Assembly (NCBI GenBank): GCA_963798845.1
Contig: CAWCUS010000002.1
Location: forward strand, 224,001-288,000
DNA length: 64,000 nucleotides
Direction: 5' to 3'
Source: an uncultured Gemmatimonadales bacterium
GTDB lineage: Bacteria > Gemmatimonadota > Gemmatimonadetes > Longimicrobiales > RSA9
The position numbers and the translations under genes are program-made. Below, one piece after another: positions 10,069 to 21,600 of the stretch; position 1 is the first letter of the stretch; each line of letters opens with the position of its first letter. The notes under the pieces were generated by a model, which saw only the letters and a list, made by a program, of their open reading frames with translations, did not search any database and was not told the origin of the DNA.

Positions 10069-11075
10069 TGCGCAGCGCGCGGACCGCGCTCGTGCTCCTC
10101 TCCCTCGCGGCGTGTTCGGGCGGCGGCGGGAGCGCGGCGGGAGGGGACCCCGGTGGTGGGGCGGGGAACGGCGACAGGGCCGGGCCGGATCGCGCCGGGC
10201 TGCGCTTCGTGCTGGTCACGCACGGCCAGTCCGCGGACCCGTTCTGGTCCGTGGTGGCGAACGGCGCCCGGGACGCGGCAGAGGACATGGGGGTCCGTGC
10301 CGAGTACCAGGCGCCCACCACGTTCGACATGGTGGAGATGAGCAACCTGATCGACGCCGCGGTGGCGTCGCGGCCGGACGGGCTCGTCGTGTCGATTCCG
10401 GACCCCGATGCGCTCGGCTCGTCGATCCGCCGGGCCGTGGAAGCGGGCATCCCGGTGATCTCCATCAACTCGGGGGGGGACGCCTACCGCGCGCTGGGTG
10501 TCCTGGCCCACGTGGGGCAGACGGAGTACGAGGCCGGGCGGAAGGGTGGTGAGCGGCTGGCGCAGGCTGGCGCGCGCCACGTGCTGTGCGTGAACCACGA
10601 GGTGGGCAATCTGGCGCAGGACCAGCGCTGCGAGGGACTGCGCGACGCACTCTCCGAGGCGGGGGGCACCTCGCGGGTGCTGGCCGTCCAGCTCGCCGAC
10701 CCGGAGGACACCCAGCAGAGGATCGCCGGTGCCATCGCCGCCGACCCGACGCTCGACGGCGTCCTGACGCTCGGTCCGGCGGCGGCGGCCCCGGCGCTGG
10801 CGGCGCTGGCGGCGAGCGGGCGGGGCGGGAGCGTCGCATACGCGACGTTCGATCTCACGCTGGAAGTGCTGCGGGGAATCGAGGAGGGCCGGATCGCGTT
10901 CGCCATCGACCAGCAGCAGTACCTCCAGGGCTACCTGCCGATCGTGCTGCTTGCCAAGTACCTGGAGACGTTGACCATGCCGGGCGGTGGCGAAGTGGTC
11001 CGCACCGGGCCGGGCTTCGTGACCCGCGAGAACGCGGAGCGGGTGGTGGAGCTCGCCCGGCGGGGGGTCCGCTAG
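10068..11075 (+). CDS. Sugar ABC transporter substrate-binding lipoprotein (RbsB/inositol-like)
   Basis: Lipobox [31 protein letters not shown] overlap with upstream gene. Confidence 0.9.
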   Translation: MRSARTALVLLSLAACSGGGGSAAGGDPGGGAGNGDRAGPDRAGLRFVLVTHGQSADPFWSVVANGARDAAEDMGVRAEYQAPTTFDMVEMSNLIDAAVASRPDGLVVSIPDPDALGSSIRRAVEAGIPVISINSGGDAYRALGVLAHVGQTEYEAGRKGGERLAQAGARHVLCVNHEVGNLAQDQRCEGLRDALSEAGGTSRVLAVQLADPEDTQQRIAGAIAADPTLDGVLTLGPAAAAPALAALAASGRGGSVAYATFDLTLEVLRGIEEGRIAFAIDQQQYLQGYLPIVLLAKYLETLTMPGGGEVVRTGPGFVTRENAERVVELARRGVR

Positions 11076-11082
11076 GGCCGCC

Positions 11083-12099
11083 GTGTCCGCCCGAACTTCC
11101 GGCCCGCGCCGCGCCCTGGCCTTCATCCGCCGCCCCGAGCTCGGCGCAGCCGCGGGTGCGCTCCTCACCTGGGCGTTCTTCGCCATCGCCGCGGGGCGCC
11201 CCTTTCTCGGCGCGGCCGGGACCGCCGCGTACCTGAACGCCGCCGCCCCGCTCGGGATCCTGGCCGTGTCGGTGGCCCTGCTCATGATCGCGGGCGAGTT
11301 CGACCTGTCTGTCGGCTCTCTCATCGGCGCCGCGAGCATGCTCCTCATGCTGCTGACCGCCGGGGCCGGCTGGCCGCTGTGGCCCGCCATCGCGGCCACT
11401 CTGGCCTTCTCAGCCCTGGTCGGACTCGCCAACGGCTGGCTCGTCGTCCGCACCGGGCTGCCGTCGTTCATCGTCACGCTCGCCATGCTCTTCGTCCTGC
11501 GCGGGCTCGCCGTTGCCGTCACGCGCCTCGCGACGGGGCGAACGCAGCTCGGCGGGCTTCGCGACGCCGCTGGCTACCCCGCCGCCCACGCCCTCTTCGC
11601 GTCCGACCTCGGCCTCTTCCGCATCTCCATCGTCTGGTGGATCGGTCTCGCTGCCGTCGCCACCTGGGTGCTCGTCCGGACGCGGGCGGGGAACTGGATC
11701 TTCGCGGCGGGCGGCGGCGCCGAGGCGGCACGCAACCTGGGTGTTCCCGTGGCGCGGGTGAAGGTCAGCCTGTTCGTCACCACGGCCATGGCCGCGTCCC
11801 TCGTGGCCGTGATCCAGGCCGTGCGCTTCACCGGCGCCGACGCGCTTCGCGGCGAAGGACAGGAGTTCCGGGCCATCATCGCGGCGGTGATCGGCGGAAC
11901 GCTCCTGACCGGCGGGTATGGCTCGGCGGTGGGGGCCGTTTTCGGCGCGCTCATCTTCGGGATGGTGCGACAGGGGATCGTCCTCACGGGCGTGGACGCC
12001 GATTGGTTCCAGGTGGTCCTCGGGGCGCTCCTTCTCGCCGCCGTGCTGTTCAACCGTGTGGCGCGGCGGACGGTGGCCGAGCGAGGAGGGCGCGAGTGA
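11083..12099 (+). CDS. Sugar ABC transporter permease (RbsC-like)
   Basis: [31 protein letters not shown]; hydrophobic. Confidence 0.92.
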   Translation: MSARTSGPRRALAFIRRPELGAAAGALLTWAFFAIAAGRPFLGAAGTAAYLNAAAPLGILAVSVALLMIAGEFDLSVGSLIGAASMLLMLLTAGAGWPLWPAIAATLAFSALVGLANGWLVVRTGLPSFIVTLAMLFVLRGLAVAVTRLATGRTQLGGLRDAAGYPAAHALFASDLGLFRISIVWWIGLAAVATWVLVRTRAGNWIFAAGGGAEAARNLGVPVARVKVSLFVTTAMAASLVAVIQAVRFTGADALRGEGQEFRAIIAAVIGGTLLTGGYGSAVGAVFGALIFGMVRQGIVLTGVDADWFQVVLGALLLAAVLFNRVARRTVAERGGRE

Positions 12100-12887
12100 G
12101 CGACCGGGCCGGAGCGAGCCCGCCGGGCCAGGCGAAACCCCCGGTGCTGGCTGCGCGCGCGGTGACGCGCCGCTTCGGCCGCGTGGTCGCGCTCGAGGAG
12201 GCCACCCTCGAGCTGCACGCCGGCCGCGTCACCTGCCTCCTCGGCGACAACGGCGCCGGAAAGAGCACGCTGATCAAGGTCCTGGCCGGCGTCCACCCGC
12301 CGACCGGGGGTACGGTCGAGGTGGATGGGAGGCCGATCACCCTCGGCTCGCCCCGCCACGCGCAGCGCCACGGCGTCGCCGTGGTCTACCAGGACCTGGC
12401 CGTGATCCCGCTCATGAGCGTCTGGCGCAACTTCTTCCTCGGCCGGGAGCCCACCGTGGGGCGCGGGCCGTTCCGCCGACTCGACGGCGCCGCGTGCCGC
12501 CGTGACACCCGGGTCGCGCTGGGCGCCTTCGGCATCCATATCGACGACGTCGACCGCCCGCTCGGCACCCTCTCTGGCGGCGAGCGCCAGTCGGTGGCCA
12601 TCGCCCGCGCCGTCCACGCTGGCGCCCGCGCCCTCATCCTGGATGAGCCCACCGCCGCGCTCGGGGTCCGGCAGGCCGCGCTCGTCCTCGGCCACATCCG
12701 CCGCGTCTGCGACGCCGGGGTCGCCGTGCTCCTGGTCACCCACAACCCCCGGCACGCGCTCGCGGTGGGCGATGCGTTCGTGGTCCTGCGCCACGGCCGT
12801 GTGGCGGCGGTCCTGGAGGCGAAGGAAGCCGGGGTCGACCGACTCAGCGAGCTCATGTCGGACAGCGCGGCGGGCTGGTCCGGCTGA
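12096..12887 (+). CDS. Sugar ABC transporter ATP-binding protein
   Basis: [30 protein letters not shown] overlap. Confidence 0.92.
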   Translation: MSDRAGASPPGQAKPPVLAARAVTRRFGRVVALEEATLELHAGRVTCLLGDNGAGKSTLIKVLAGVHPPTGGTVEVDGRPITLGSPRHAQRHGVAVVYQDLAVIPLMSVWRNFFLGREPTVGRGPFRRLDGAACRRDTRVALGAFGIHIDDVDRPLGTLSGGERQSVAIARAVHAGARALILDEPTAALGVRQAALVLGHIRRVCDAGVAVLLVTHNPRHALAVGDAFVVLRHGRVAAVLEAKEAGVDRLSELMSDSAAGWSG

Positions 12888-13107
12888 GGCCGACGGCCGG
12901 AACGCGCCCGCGCCGCCCGCCGCCAAGACTCTTGCCCCGCCGGTGCGTCCCGATCCATCGTGCACCGTCGCATCGCATTTCCGCACGGGCCACCTCTGAT
13001 CCGGGCCCGAGGCGACGACCTTCGCGTGCCGCCGCGCGACCCCGGACTGCCCGCGATGTCCCGGTCAGGCGTCCGTTCCACCCGCTGCAGGGCCACTGGA
13101 GACTGCC

Positions 13108-13659
13108 ATGTTCAACAATCCCGGCCCGTTCACGTTCGGTCCCACGTCCACGTCGCAGCTCGAGACGCTTCACCCGGATCTGCGCCGGGTCCTCGAGCGG
13201 GCCATAGAGGTCTTCGACTTCAGCGTGGTCGAGGGGCGGCGCACCATCGAGACCCAGATCGGCAATCTTCGGCGAGGCGTTTCGAAGACCATCGACAGCC
13301 GCCACATCCCTCGCGACGAGGATGGCGTCTACCAGCCCACCGGCCTGGGTGAGGCGGCCGACCTGACGCCGTACCAGAAGGGCGTCAATCCGTGGCCCCA
13401 GCCCGGCGACACCCGGGTGACCGCCGAGAAGAAGGCGCGTCGCTTCTACTTCATGCAGGGGGTCCTCTACGCAATCGCGCGCCAGGAAGGCGTGGACATA
13501 CGGCTCGGCGTGGACTGGGACACCGATCTCGACTTCTTCGACCAGTCCTTCGACGACCTCGGCCACGTGGAGCTCCGGACCGCCCGGGCGGCCCTGAAGA
13601 TCCCGGAGGATCTGAAAGAGGACGTGGAGGCGGTGCTGGGAACACTGGTTCCGGCTTGA
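13108..13659 (+). CDS. M15 family metallopeptidase (L-Ala-D-Glu endopeptidase/endolysin-like)
   Basis: LHPDL, EGRRT..Q, SRH, AADL, DW, DLGHVEL zinc-ligand pattern; no signal peptide. Confidence 0.8.
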   Translation: MFNNPGPFTFGPTSTSQLETLHPDLRRVLERAIEVFDFSVVEGRRTIETQIGNLRRGVSKTIDSRHIPRDEDGVYQPTGLGEAADLTPYQKGVNPWPQPGDTRVTAEKKARRFYFMQGVLYAIARQEGVDIRLGVDWDTDLDFFDQSFDDLGHVELRTARAALKIPEDLKEDVEAVLGTLVPA

Positions 13660-13678
13660 GAAACCACCATCCGGCGAG

Positions 13679-16600
13679 GTGATGATGATGGATGAGCGAC
13701 AGTTCATCGCGCGTGTCGAGGCCGCGGACCCGGAGGAGTACGCGCGCCTCCTGGCGCACCCGAGCAAGGACGAGGAAGCGGCGCTGCGAACGCACCTGGG
13801 CGATGGCCGATACGAGCGGCAGCACGAGCTCGCCGCTCGCGGCGAGACCCGGGGCCGCGCGGAAAAGCGGGGCAACCTGGTGGTGATCCACGGCATCATG
13901 GGCGGCGAGCTGACTGCGTACGACCGCAGCGCGGACGCGGACCGGGTGTGGGTTCACCTCCCGCGACTCATCGCCGGCGGCATCGATCGGATCTGGCTCG
14001 CCGATGATGGCCTGGCTTCCCGCGACGCGCGCTGGGATGTCCGCGCCACCGGGATCATGAAGCGCAGCTACGGCGAGCAGATCCTCCGCCTCTCCCAGGA
14101 ATGGAACGTCCGCGCCTACTGGTACGACTGGCGCAAGGACCTGCGCAAGGCGGCCGACCTGCTCGCCGCTTCCCTGGACAACTGGTTCGGGCCGGACGAG
14201 CCCGTTCACCTCGTGGCGCATTCCATGGGAGGCCTCGTCTCGCGCTCGTTCATCCAGCGCCACGGCGACCGCTGGAAGCGCATGTGGGATGATGCAGGCG
14301 ATGGTCGCGCCGGCGGCCGCCTGATCATGCTCGGCACGCCCAATCACGGCTCCTTTGCGGTCCCCCAGATCGTCACCGGGCTGGAGGGCATGGTGCGGAA
14401 GCTGGCCATGGTGGACGTGCGTCACAAGCTGCCCGAGATCCTCCAGGTGATCCTGTCGTTCCCCGGATCCTACCAGATGCTCCCGTCACCCTTCGTGCTT
14501 CCCGACATGGAGCCGCTCTATCGCTCCGAAACCTGGGGCGTGTCCCGGCGGGTGCCGCAGCAGCACCTGACCGATGCCCGCGCGTTCCACACCGAGCTGC
14601 GGCCGGTGGTGGACCCCGCCCGGATGGTGTACGTGGCGGGATACAATCGCCGGACTTTCTGCGAGGTCCGGGATCTGAAGCTCGCGGAGGCCGACGCCTA
14701 CGTGGCGACACTCGAAGGCGACGGGCGGGTCCCCCACTCGCTCGGGCTCCTCGACGGGGTGGACACCTACTACGTCGACGAGGTCCACGGCAGCCTGCCG
14801 GGCAACGGCTCCGTGCTCGCGGCCATGACCGACCTGCTGGAAACGGGCAGGACGGAAGCCCTGCCGGCGAAGATGCCGCGCGGGCGGTCGGTGCGTTCCG
14901 CGGCGGCGCTGCGCGAGGCGCACGCGCGTGACGTGGCCCGGAACGCCAGGGACGAGGACGCGCTAGAGCTTTACGTCCGGCACGAGCAGGTGCGGGGGGA
15001 GGCCGCGGCGGAGCGACAGCTGTTGAGCGGCGAGGAGCGCAGGATGGAGGAGATCGTGCTCCGCGGCTGGCTCTACGGAGAGGAGGAGGAGCGCGCCGCT
15101 CCGGCGGCGGACGCGGAGATCGTCGTCGCCGCCACGGGCAGGCCCGTGACCGTGACCCTGGCGGTGCAGCTGGTCGCCGGCGACATCGAGCGGGCGGATG
15201 AGCTGATGGCCGAGCCTCCCGACGCCATCGCCGTCGGCCATTACGTGGGCGTCCGCCCCCAGTTCGCCGAGCGCGCCCTGGACATCGCCGTCACGCGGGC
15301 GCTGCGCGGGCTCGGCCCGGACACGACCATCGCCGATCCGGACCTCCTGCTCACCGGGTTCACCGAGCGCGGCACGATCCGGGGGGAGCTCGGGCAGCCC
15401 TTCCTCCTCCCCGATCCGCGGCGCCCGGGACGGGTCGTCGCCATCGCCGGGATGGGCCTGCCGGGACGGTTCGGCTCGCCCGAGCTCAGCGTCCTCGCCC
15501 GTGAGCTGGCCTGGAGCCTCGGGCAGCTCGGCAAGAACCACCTCGCCACGGTCCTGATCGGCGCCGGCGCCGGGAACCTGGACACCGAAGAAGCGCTGGG
15601 TGCCTGGATGCGCGGTCTTCAGCACGCCATTGCCGCCTCCGCTGACGCAGATCACGGCGCCCACATCTCGCGGATCACCTTCGTGGAGCGGGACCCGCAG
15701 CGCGTCATGGACCTCGACCGGGCGATCCGCGACCAGGATCGCTGGTTCGAGCGTGCGGGGGGCATGGACATCGTCTACCAGCCGCTCGCGGAAGCGCGCC
15801 TCCGGCAGCTGGAGGCGCAGGCGCTGGAGCAGCGCGTCGCGAGGGCGAGGGCTGAGCGAACGTCGGAGCCGGCGCCCGAGCCGACCCGCGTGACGCTGGG
15901 CTTCGATCGCCGGGAGAAGCGCCGGGGCGTCTACCGCTTCGGTGCCCTCACGCGCTCCGCGTCGGTTCCCGAGCGCGAGGTGCCGCTGGACCCGACGCTG
16001 GTGGACGAAGCCAACGACGGGCTCCCGGGGATGGACCGGATCGCGGACCAGATCCGGCGCGGCAAGTACCTGGAGCGACTCCTCGTGCCGCGCGATCTCC
16101 GCGAGGCCATGGCGACGAACGCTCCTCTGGTCATGCTCCTCGACTCGGCCACCGCCCGCATCCACTGGGAGATGGTGGCCCAGCCCGACGTCGTCCCTCC
16201 CGACGCCGACGACGTCGAGGGCTGCTTCCTCGGCACCAGCCGCGGTTTCACCCGTCAGCTCCGGACCACCTTCGCGGCCGTTCCCGAGGCCCCACCGCCT
16301 CCGCGCCGGCCACTCCGCGTCCTGATCGTGGCCGACCCCGCGGAGGACGCACGGCTGCCCGGCGCGCTGCGCGAAGGCTACGAGATCCAGGAGCTGTTCC
16401 AGCGCTTCAACCAGGTCTTCGAAAGCCCCCTCCGGAGCGTCGAGGTGCGGTCGCTGCTCGGCCCCGGCGAGGCGACGCGCACCGCCGTCCTCGACGAGCT
16501 CTTCAGTCGACAGTACGACGTTCTCCACTTCGCCGGCCACTGCGCCTATGAGGAGGACGATCCCGCCTCGTCGGGGTGGATCTTCGGCGATGGCGCGCGG

Positions 16601-17059
16601 CTCAGCGCCAACGAGCTCCGGCGCGTGGACCACATCCCGAAGTTCGTCTTCTCCAACGCCTGCGAATCCGGAATCACGCCGGACCGCTCCGAGAAGCGCG
16701 ACGCCGCCCTCGCGCCGTCCTTCGCAGAAGCGTTCTTCGAGCGCGGCGTGGCGAACTTCGTCTGCACCGCCTGGCCCGTGGACGACGCCGCCGCCCTCGG
16801 GTTCGCGGCGCACCTCTACTCCGCTCTCCTCGGACTCCCCGCCCCCGAGGCGGGAGCCGACCCCCGTGACCCCCAGCCGATGCACGAGGCGATGAAGGAG
16901 GCGCGCGTGGCAGTCGCCCGCATGGGCACAGGTCGCCGGTCGTGGGGCGCCTATCAGCACTACGGCAACCCGAACTTCCGCTTCTTCGAGGCGTCGCCGC
17001 TCCGGTCGCCGGCTCAGCGCGCAGCCGCGGGAACCCGCTCACGGAGCCGGAAGCGATGA
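13679..17059 (+). CDS. Multidomain protein: lipase/LCAT-like alpha/beta hydrolase + M17-N/macro-like middle domain + CHAT caspase-like protease
   Basis: IHGIMG, YDWR, AHSMGG, LGTPNHGS, GDGRVP (hydrolase); HFAGH and SNACES (CHAT His-Cys dyad); AYQHYGNP end. Start is one of 13679-13688. Confidence 0.85.
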   Translation: MMMMDERQFIARVEAADPEEYARLLAHPSKDEEAALRTHLGDGRYERQHELAARGETRGRAEKRGNLVVIHGIMGGELTAYDRSADADRVWVHLPRLIAGGIDRIWLADDGLASRDARWDVRATGIMKRSYGEQILRLSQEWNVRAYWYDWRKDLRKAADLLAASLDNWFGPDEPVHLVAHSMGGLVSRSFIQRHGDRWKRMWDDAGDGRAGGRLIMLGTPNHGSFAVPQIVTGLEGMVRKLAMVDVRHKLPEILQVILSFPGSYQMLPSPFVLPDMEPLYRSETWGVSRRVPQQHLTDARAFHTELRPVVDPARMVYVAGYNRRTFCEVRDLKLAEADAYVATLEGDGRVPHSLGLLDGVDTYYVDEVHGSLPGNGSVLAAMTDLLETGRTEALPAKMPRGRSVRSAAALREAHARDVARNARDEDALELYVRHEQVRGEAAAERQLLSGEERRMEEIVLRGWLYGEEEERAAPAADAEIVVAATGRPVTVTLAVQLVAGDIERADELMAEPPDAIAVGHYVGVRPQFAERALDIAVTRALRGLGPDTTIADPDLLLTGFTERGTIRGELGQPFLLPDPRRPGRVVAIAGMGLPGRFGSPELSVLARELAWSLGQLGKNHLATVLIGAGAGNLDTEEALGAWMRGLQHAIAASADADHGAHISRITFVERDPQRVMDLDRAIRDQDRWFERAGGMDIVYQPLAEARLRQLEAQALEQRVARARAERTSEPAPEPTRVTLGFDRREKRRGVYRFGALTRSASVPEREVPLDPTLVDEANDGLPGMDRIADQIRRGKYLERLLVPRDLREAMATNAPLVMLLDSATARIHWEMVAQPDVVPPDADDVEGCFLGTSRGFTRQLRTTFAAVPEAPPPPRRPLRVLIVADPAEDARLPGALREGYEIQELFQRFNQVFESPLRSVEVRSLLGPGEATRTAVLDELFSRQYDVLHFAGHCAYEEDDPASSGWIFGDGARLSANELRRVDHIPKFVFSNACESGITPDRSEKRDAALAPSFAEAFFERGVANFVCTAWPVDDAAALGFAAHLYSALLGLPAPEAGADPRDPQPMHEAMKEARVAVARMGTGRRSWGAYQHYGNPNFRFFEASPLRSPAQRAAAGTRSRSRKR

Positions 17060-17229
17060 GCGGCGGATCGCACGGAAGGCGGCCGAACCCGGAGCTCGAC
17101 CACGGCCCCTGACCCGCCCCGGGACGGTCGGGACAGGGCCTTTCGCGTCGTGCCACTCGTCGGAGCGGGCGGCCCGAAACATGCGTTTGTTCAGCGCGAA
17201 CCCACACACCGACATGGGGAGGTGCACGC

Positions 17230-17436
17230 ATGGATCGCGAACACGAACGCGAAGTGAGGCGCAAGGGCGCGGAGCACGAGACGGAAGGCGCCGTGCGGGA
17301 GGGCGAGGGGAAGGTCGAGAAGGAGCTTGGCCGGATCACGAAGGACCGCTCCAAGGAAGCCGAGGGTGCGGCGAAGGAAGCCGCCGGCAAGGTCCAGAAG
17401 AAGGCGGGAGAAGCGGCCCGGAAGGCTGCGGAGTGA
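17230..17436 (+). CDS. CsbD-like small stress protein
   Basis: 68 aa: EGKVEKELGRITKDRSKEAEGAAKEAAGKVQKKAGE; strong GGAGG RBS. Confidence 0.75.
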   Translation: MDREHEREVRRKGAEHETEGAVREGEGKVEKELGRITKDRSKEAEGAAKEAAGKVQKKAGEAARKAAE

Positions 17437-17474
17437 CGCTCGCCTGACCGCGTGACGCCCCGGCGCGTCACTTC

Positions 17475-17511
17475 GAAAGCCCCGTGGGCGCGCCGCGCTC
17501 CCGGGGCTTTC
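17475..17511. terminator. Probable bidirectional terminator hairpin
   Basis: GAAAGCCCCG...CGGGGCTTTC inverted repeat between convergent csbD-like and panE-like genes. Confidence 0.6.
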
Positions 17512-17579
17512 CTCGTGACCGGCCAGGAGGCGCGCGCGGCCCGAGCGCCGGTGTCCTGGCTTCTCGTGCGACCTGCTGG

Positions 17580-18503
17580 CTAGGCGCCGAGGGCGGCGAC
17601 CGCGGTGTCGTGGACGGGGGTCTCGACGCTCGTCTGCGCGCCGAGGCGGGCGACCGCGCCGCTCAGGGTGTCCAGCTCGTCGGGCCCGCCGGCCTCGAGG
17701 TCGAGGAGGAAGCTGGGCCGGAGGCCGGGCGCGAGGCCCATGATCCGCTCGATGACGGCTTCGCCCTCGCCCGGGTCGAGGGCCACGCCGCGCGCGCGGC
17801 CCACGGCCACGACCTCGTGCACGGCGCGACGGATGAGGGCGGGGCCCATCGGCGCCTCGCGGACGGCGCCGATGGGGGAGTGGGCGAGGCCGCAGACGGC
17901 GGAGACGGCGGCGATGAAGACGAATTTCCGCCAGAGCTCCGTTTCGATCTGCTCGGTGACCTGGACGTCCACGCCGGTCCCCTCGAATGCGGCGGCGATG
18001 CGTCGGGCGCGATCGTCGCCGTTGCTGCCGGGCTCGCGGAACTGGAGCCGCTCGCCGAGCATGATGGTGCGAAAGTCGCTGCGCCGCTGGATCACGCCGG
18101 GTGCGAGTCGGGCGGCGCTGATGTACGTGAGCCCGCCGAGTATGGACGGGTCCGGGACGCCCGCGGCGGCGAGGCGCTCGGCGATGTCGACACCGTTGAG
18201 GAGGGGGAGCACGGTGGCACCGGCGAGCGCCAGCCCGGCGACGGCGGGCGCGACGTCGTCGATGGCGTACGACTTCACGGCGACGAGAACCAGCTCGGCG
18301 CCGGCCAGCTCCGCGGGCTCGGGCGTGGCGCGGACGCGCGTGGTGTAGCGCTCCCCGTCCGGTTCCTCGACCGTGAGCCCCGCCTGCCGGATCGCTTCCA
18401 GGTTCTCGCCGCGGGCGAGGACGGCCACGTCCTGCCCCGCCCTGGCCAGAACTCCGCCGTAGTACCCGCCCACCCCGCCCACCCCGATGATGGCGATGTT
18501 CAT
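17580..18503 (-). CDS. panE: 2-dehydropantoate 2-reductase (ketopantoate reductase)
   Basis: IAIIGVGGVGGYYG, VAVKSY, LLNG, LWRKF, PSFLLDL...ELD. Confidence 0.85.
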   Translation of the reverse strand: MNIAIIGVGGVGGYYGGVLARAGQDVAVLARGENLEAIRQAGLTVEEPDGERYTTRVRATPEPAELAGAELVLVAVKSYAIDDVAPAVAGLALAGATVLPLLNGVDIAERLAAAGVPDPSILGGLTYISAARLAPGVIQRRSDFRTIMLGERLQFREPGSNGDDRARRIAAAFEGTGVDVQVTEQIETELWRKFVFIAAVSAVCGLAHSPIGAVREAPMGPALIRRAVHEVVAVGRARGVALDPGEGEAVIERIMGLAPGLRPSFLLDLEAGGPDELDTLSGAVARLGAQTSVETPVHDTAVAALGA

Positions 18504-18661
18504 GGTCTCTCCGATCATGGACTTGCCCGTCGCCCCCGGTCCGGGGCGAACGGTAACATACACGGAGTCTCGGATCGAGGCTTTTCCGCACCCTTCCCCC
18601 ACCTGCGGGGTAGGACCAGCGTTCGCCCGGAACCGGAAAAACGAGGCAGGGCCGGGGTGGC

Positions 18662-21600
18662 TTGAAGGACCGGATCGTCGTCCGCAACGCGCGGCAGCAC
18701 AACCTGAAGGGGTTCGACCTCGAGCTCCCGCACCGCCGGCTCATCGTGGTCACGGGGCCGAGCGGGTCGGGGAAGAGCTCGCTGGCGTTCGACACCATCT
18801 ACGCCGAGGGGCAGCGGCGGTACGTGGAGAGCCTGTCCACGTACGCCAAGCAGTTCCTGGAGCGGATGGAGAAGCCGGCGGTGGACTACGTCGAGGGGAT
18901 CGCCCCGGCGGTGGCCATCGAGCAGAAGAACCCGACCAAGACCAGCCGCTCGACGGTCGGGACCGCCACGGAGGTCCAGGACTATTTCCGTCTGCTCTGG
19001 GCCCGCGCGGGGCGCACCCACTGCCCGGAGTGCGGCGACGAGGTGCGCCCGGACACGGTCCAGAGCGCGACCGACGACGTGCTGGCGCTGGAGCCGGGCA
19101 CCCGCATCGTGGTCGGGTTCCCTCTCCCTCTCTCGGCCCGCGCAAGCCACCGCCAGATCGTCGAGAACCTCCGCGAGATGGGCTTCGTGCGCGTCCTTGT
19201 CGGGGACGCGATGGTGACGCTCGACGAGGCCGGGGCCGAGGATCCGGCCAGGCTCGGGCGGGACCTGGGCGCGGAGGCGTCGCTGCTCGTGGTGGTGGAC
19301 CGCCTCAAGGTCGATCCCGAAGCCGGGCGCGAGCGGCTTGCGGATTCCATCGGGACCGCGTTCGTCGAGGGGGAGGGTGAGGCGGCCGTCGTCCTGTTCG
19401 ACGATGCCGGAACGTCGGGCGTCCGCCGCCGGCTCCGATTCTCCGAGCGCTTCCGATGCGAGCGCCACCCGGACGTCCAGTTCCTGGAGCCGACACCGCG
19501 CCTGTTCTCGTTCAACAACCCGTACGGCTCCTGTCGGAAGTGCTCGGGCTTCGGCGCGGTGCTGGAGTACGACGAATCGCTCATCGTGCCGCTCCCCGGG
19601 CGTTCCCTGCGCGCGGGCGCGGTCGAGCCGTGGGAGGTCAAGCGCTACCGGAAGAAGTACCGCACGCGGCTGTTCGAGTTCGCGCGCCAGAGAGGGCTTG
19701 ACCTGGACACGCCGTGGAGCGAGCTCCCGGAACGGTTCCGCCGGCACGTGATCCACGGGGTCCGCCGGCGCGAGGAGGGACGCAGCTTCCAGGGCGTCAT
19801 CCCCTTTCTCCGCTCGCGGGAACGGAAGCGCTACAAGGCCTACATCCGCGTCTTCCTTCGCCGCTATCAGAAGGCCATGGTCTGCCCCGACTGCAGAGGC
19901 TCGCGCCTCCGCCCGGAAGCCCTCTACGTGCGGGTGGGCGGTCGCGATATCGGCGAGGTGTCGGCGCTGACCGTGGAAACGGCCCGGGCGTGGTTCGAGA
20001 CGCTGTCCGCAGGCGGCGACGGAGCGGACGAACGCCCACTCCGGGTTTCCGAGCGTGCGCTCTCGGGCGGCATCCTCCGCGAGATCGGCGCGCGCCTCTC
20101 CTTCCTTGATGACGTCGGCCTCGGCTATCTCAGCATGGACCGCCAGACCCGGACGTTGAGCGGCGGAGAGGCTCAGCGGATCTCGCTGGCCAACTCCCTC
20201 GGCTCGTCGCTCGTGGACACGCTGTACGTGCTGGACGAGCCCACGATCGGTCTCCACCCCCGCGACAACGACCGCCTCATCGGCCTGCTGGAAAAGCTCC
20301 GCGACGCCGGGAACACCGTGCTGGTGGTGGAGCACGATCCGGCGGTCATCGAGCGCGCGGACCACGTGGTGGAGCTGGGCCCCGGCTCCGGTGAGAAGGG
20401 GGGGCAGGTAGTCTTCGAGGGGACGGTCGATGCGCTGCGCCGCGCGGGAGCGGCCGACGCCGGAGCCTCGGGATCGGGGCCGTGCTCGGAATCGGATCCG
20501 GCGACACAGCCCGAGGACGCGACTCCGAGCACCCCCGCCGCCACGAGCAGGAAGTGGGACCCCACGGCGACGGCCCGCTATCTGAGAGGCGAGACCGCCC
20601 GGGCGCAAAGCAGGAACCGGGACGTGGAGGGGGCCCGCTTGCGAATCGAGGGCGCGAGACTCCACAACCTCGCGGGCATGGATGTCGAGATCCCGTTGCG
20701 CACGCTCACCGTCGTGAGCGGGGTGAGCGGGAGCGGAAAGTCCACGCTGGTCCACGACGTCCTGTTCCGCGCGCTCGAGCGGGAGCTGCACGGTGAGAAC
20801 ACGGCGAAGGAGCACCTGGGCGAGGCGGTGGGTTCGTATGACCGGATCGAGGGGCTGGGGCACCTGGACGCGGTGGCGCTGGTGGACCAGTCGCCCATCG
20901 GCCGTACTCCGCGCTCCAACCCGGCCACGTACACGAAGGCATTCGACGAGATCCGCAAGATCTTCGCGGACCAGCCGCTGTCGCGGGAGCGCGGCTACAA
21001 GCCCGGCCGGTTCAGCTTCAACACCAAGGGCGGGCGCTGCGAGGCGTGCAAGGGAGACGGCGTAGTCCAGGTCGAGATGGTGTTCATGGCCGACGTGTAC
21101 GTGCCGTGCGACGCGTGCGGCGGTGCGCGCTACGGCCCGGAAACTCTCCAGGTGAAGGTCAAGGGGAAGAGCATCCGGGACGTGCTCGACATGACCGTGG
21201 ACGAGGCCATCAAGTTCTTCATCCGGGCCGATCGGCTCGGGCGCATGCTCTGGCAGCTACAGCAGGTTGGACTGGGCTATCTCCGCCTCGGCCAGGCCGC
21301 GCCCACGCTCAGCGGAGGGGAGGCGCAGCGGATGAAGATCGCCCGCGAGCTCGCGGGCGCAGGGAAGCGGCGCGGCAGGCGGCTCTACATCATGGACGAG
21401 CCCACCACGGGCTTGAGCGGGCCCGAGGTACAGAAGCTGCTGGACGTGCTCCAGAAGCTGGTCGACGCCGGCCACACGGTGGTGGTGATCGAGCACAACC
21501 TCGACGTCATCCGGGCCGCGGACTGGCTGATCGACCTCGGTCCCGAAGCCGGGGCGGGCGGCGGTCGGATCGTCGCCGTGGGGCGTCCGGCCGACGTCGC

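Noticed and set aside
13108..13659. Prophage lysis cassette
   Set aside because: No holin, spanin, structural or integrase genes nearby.
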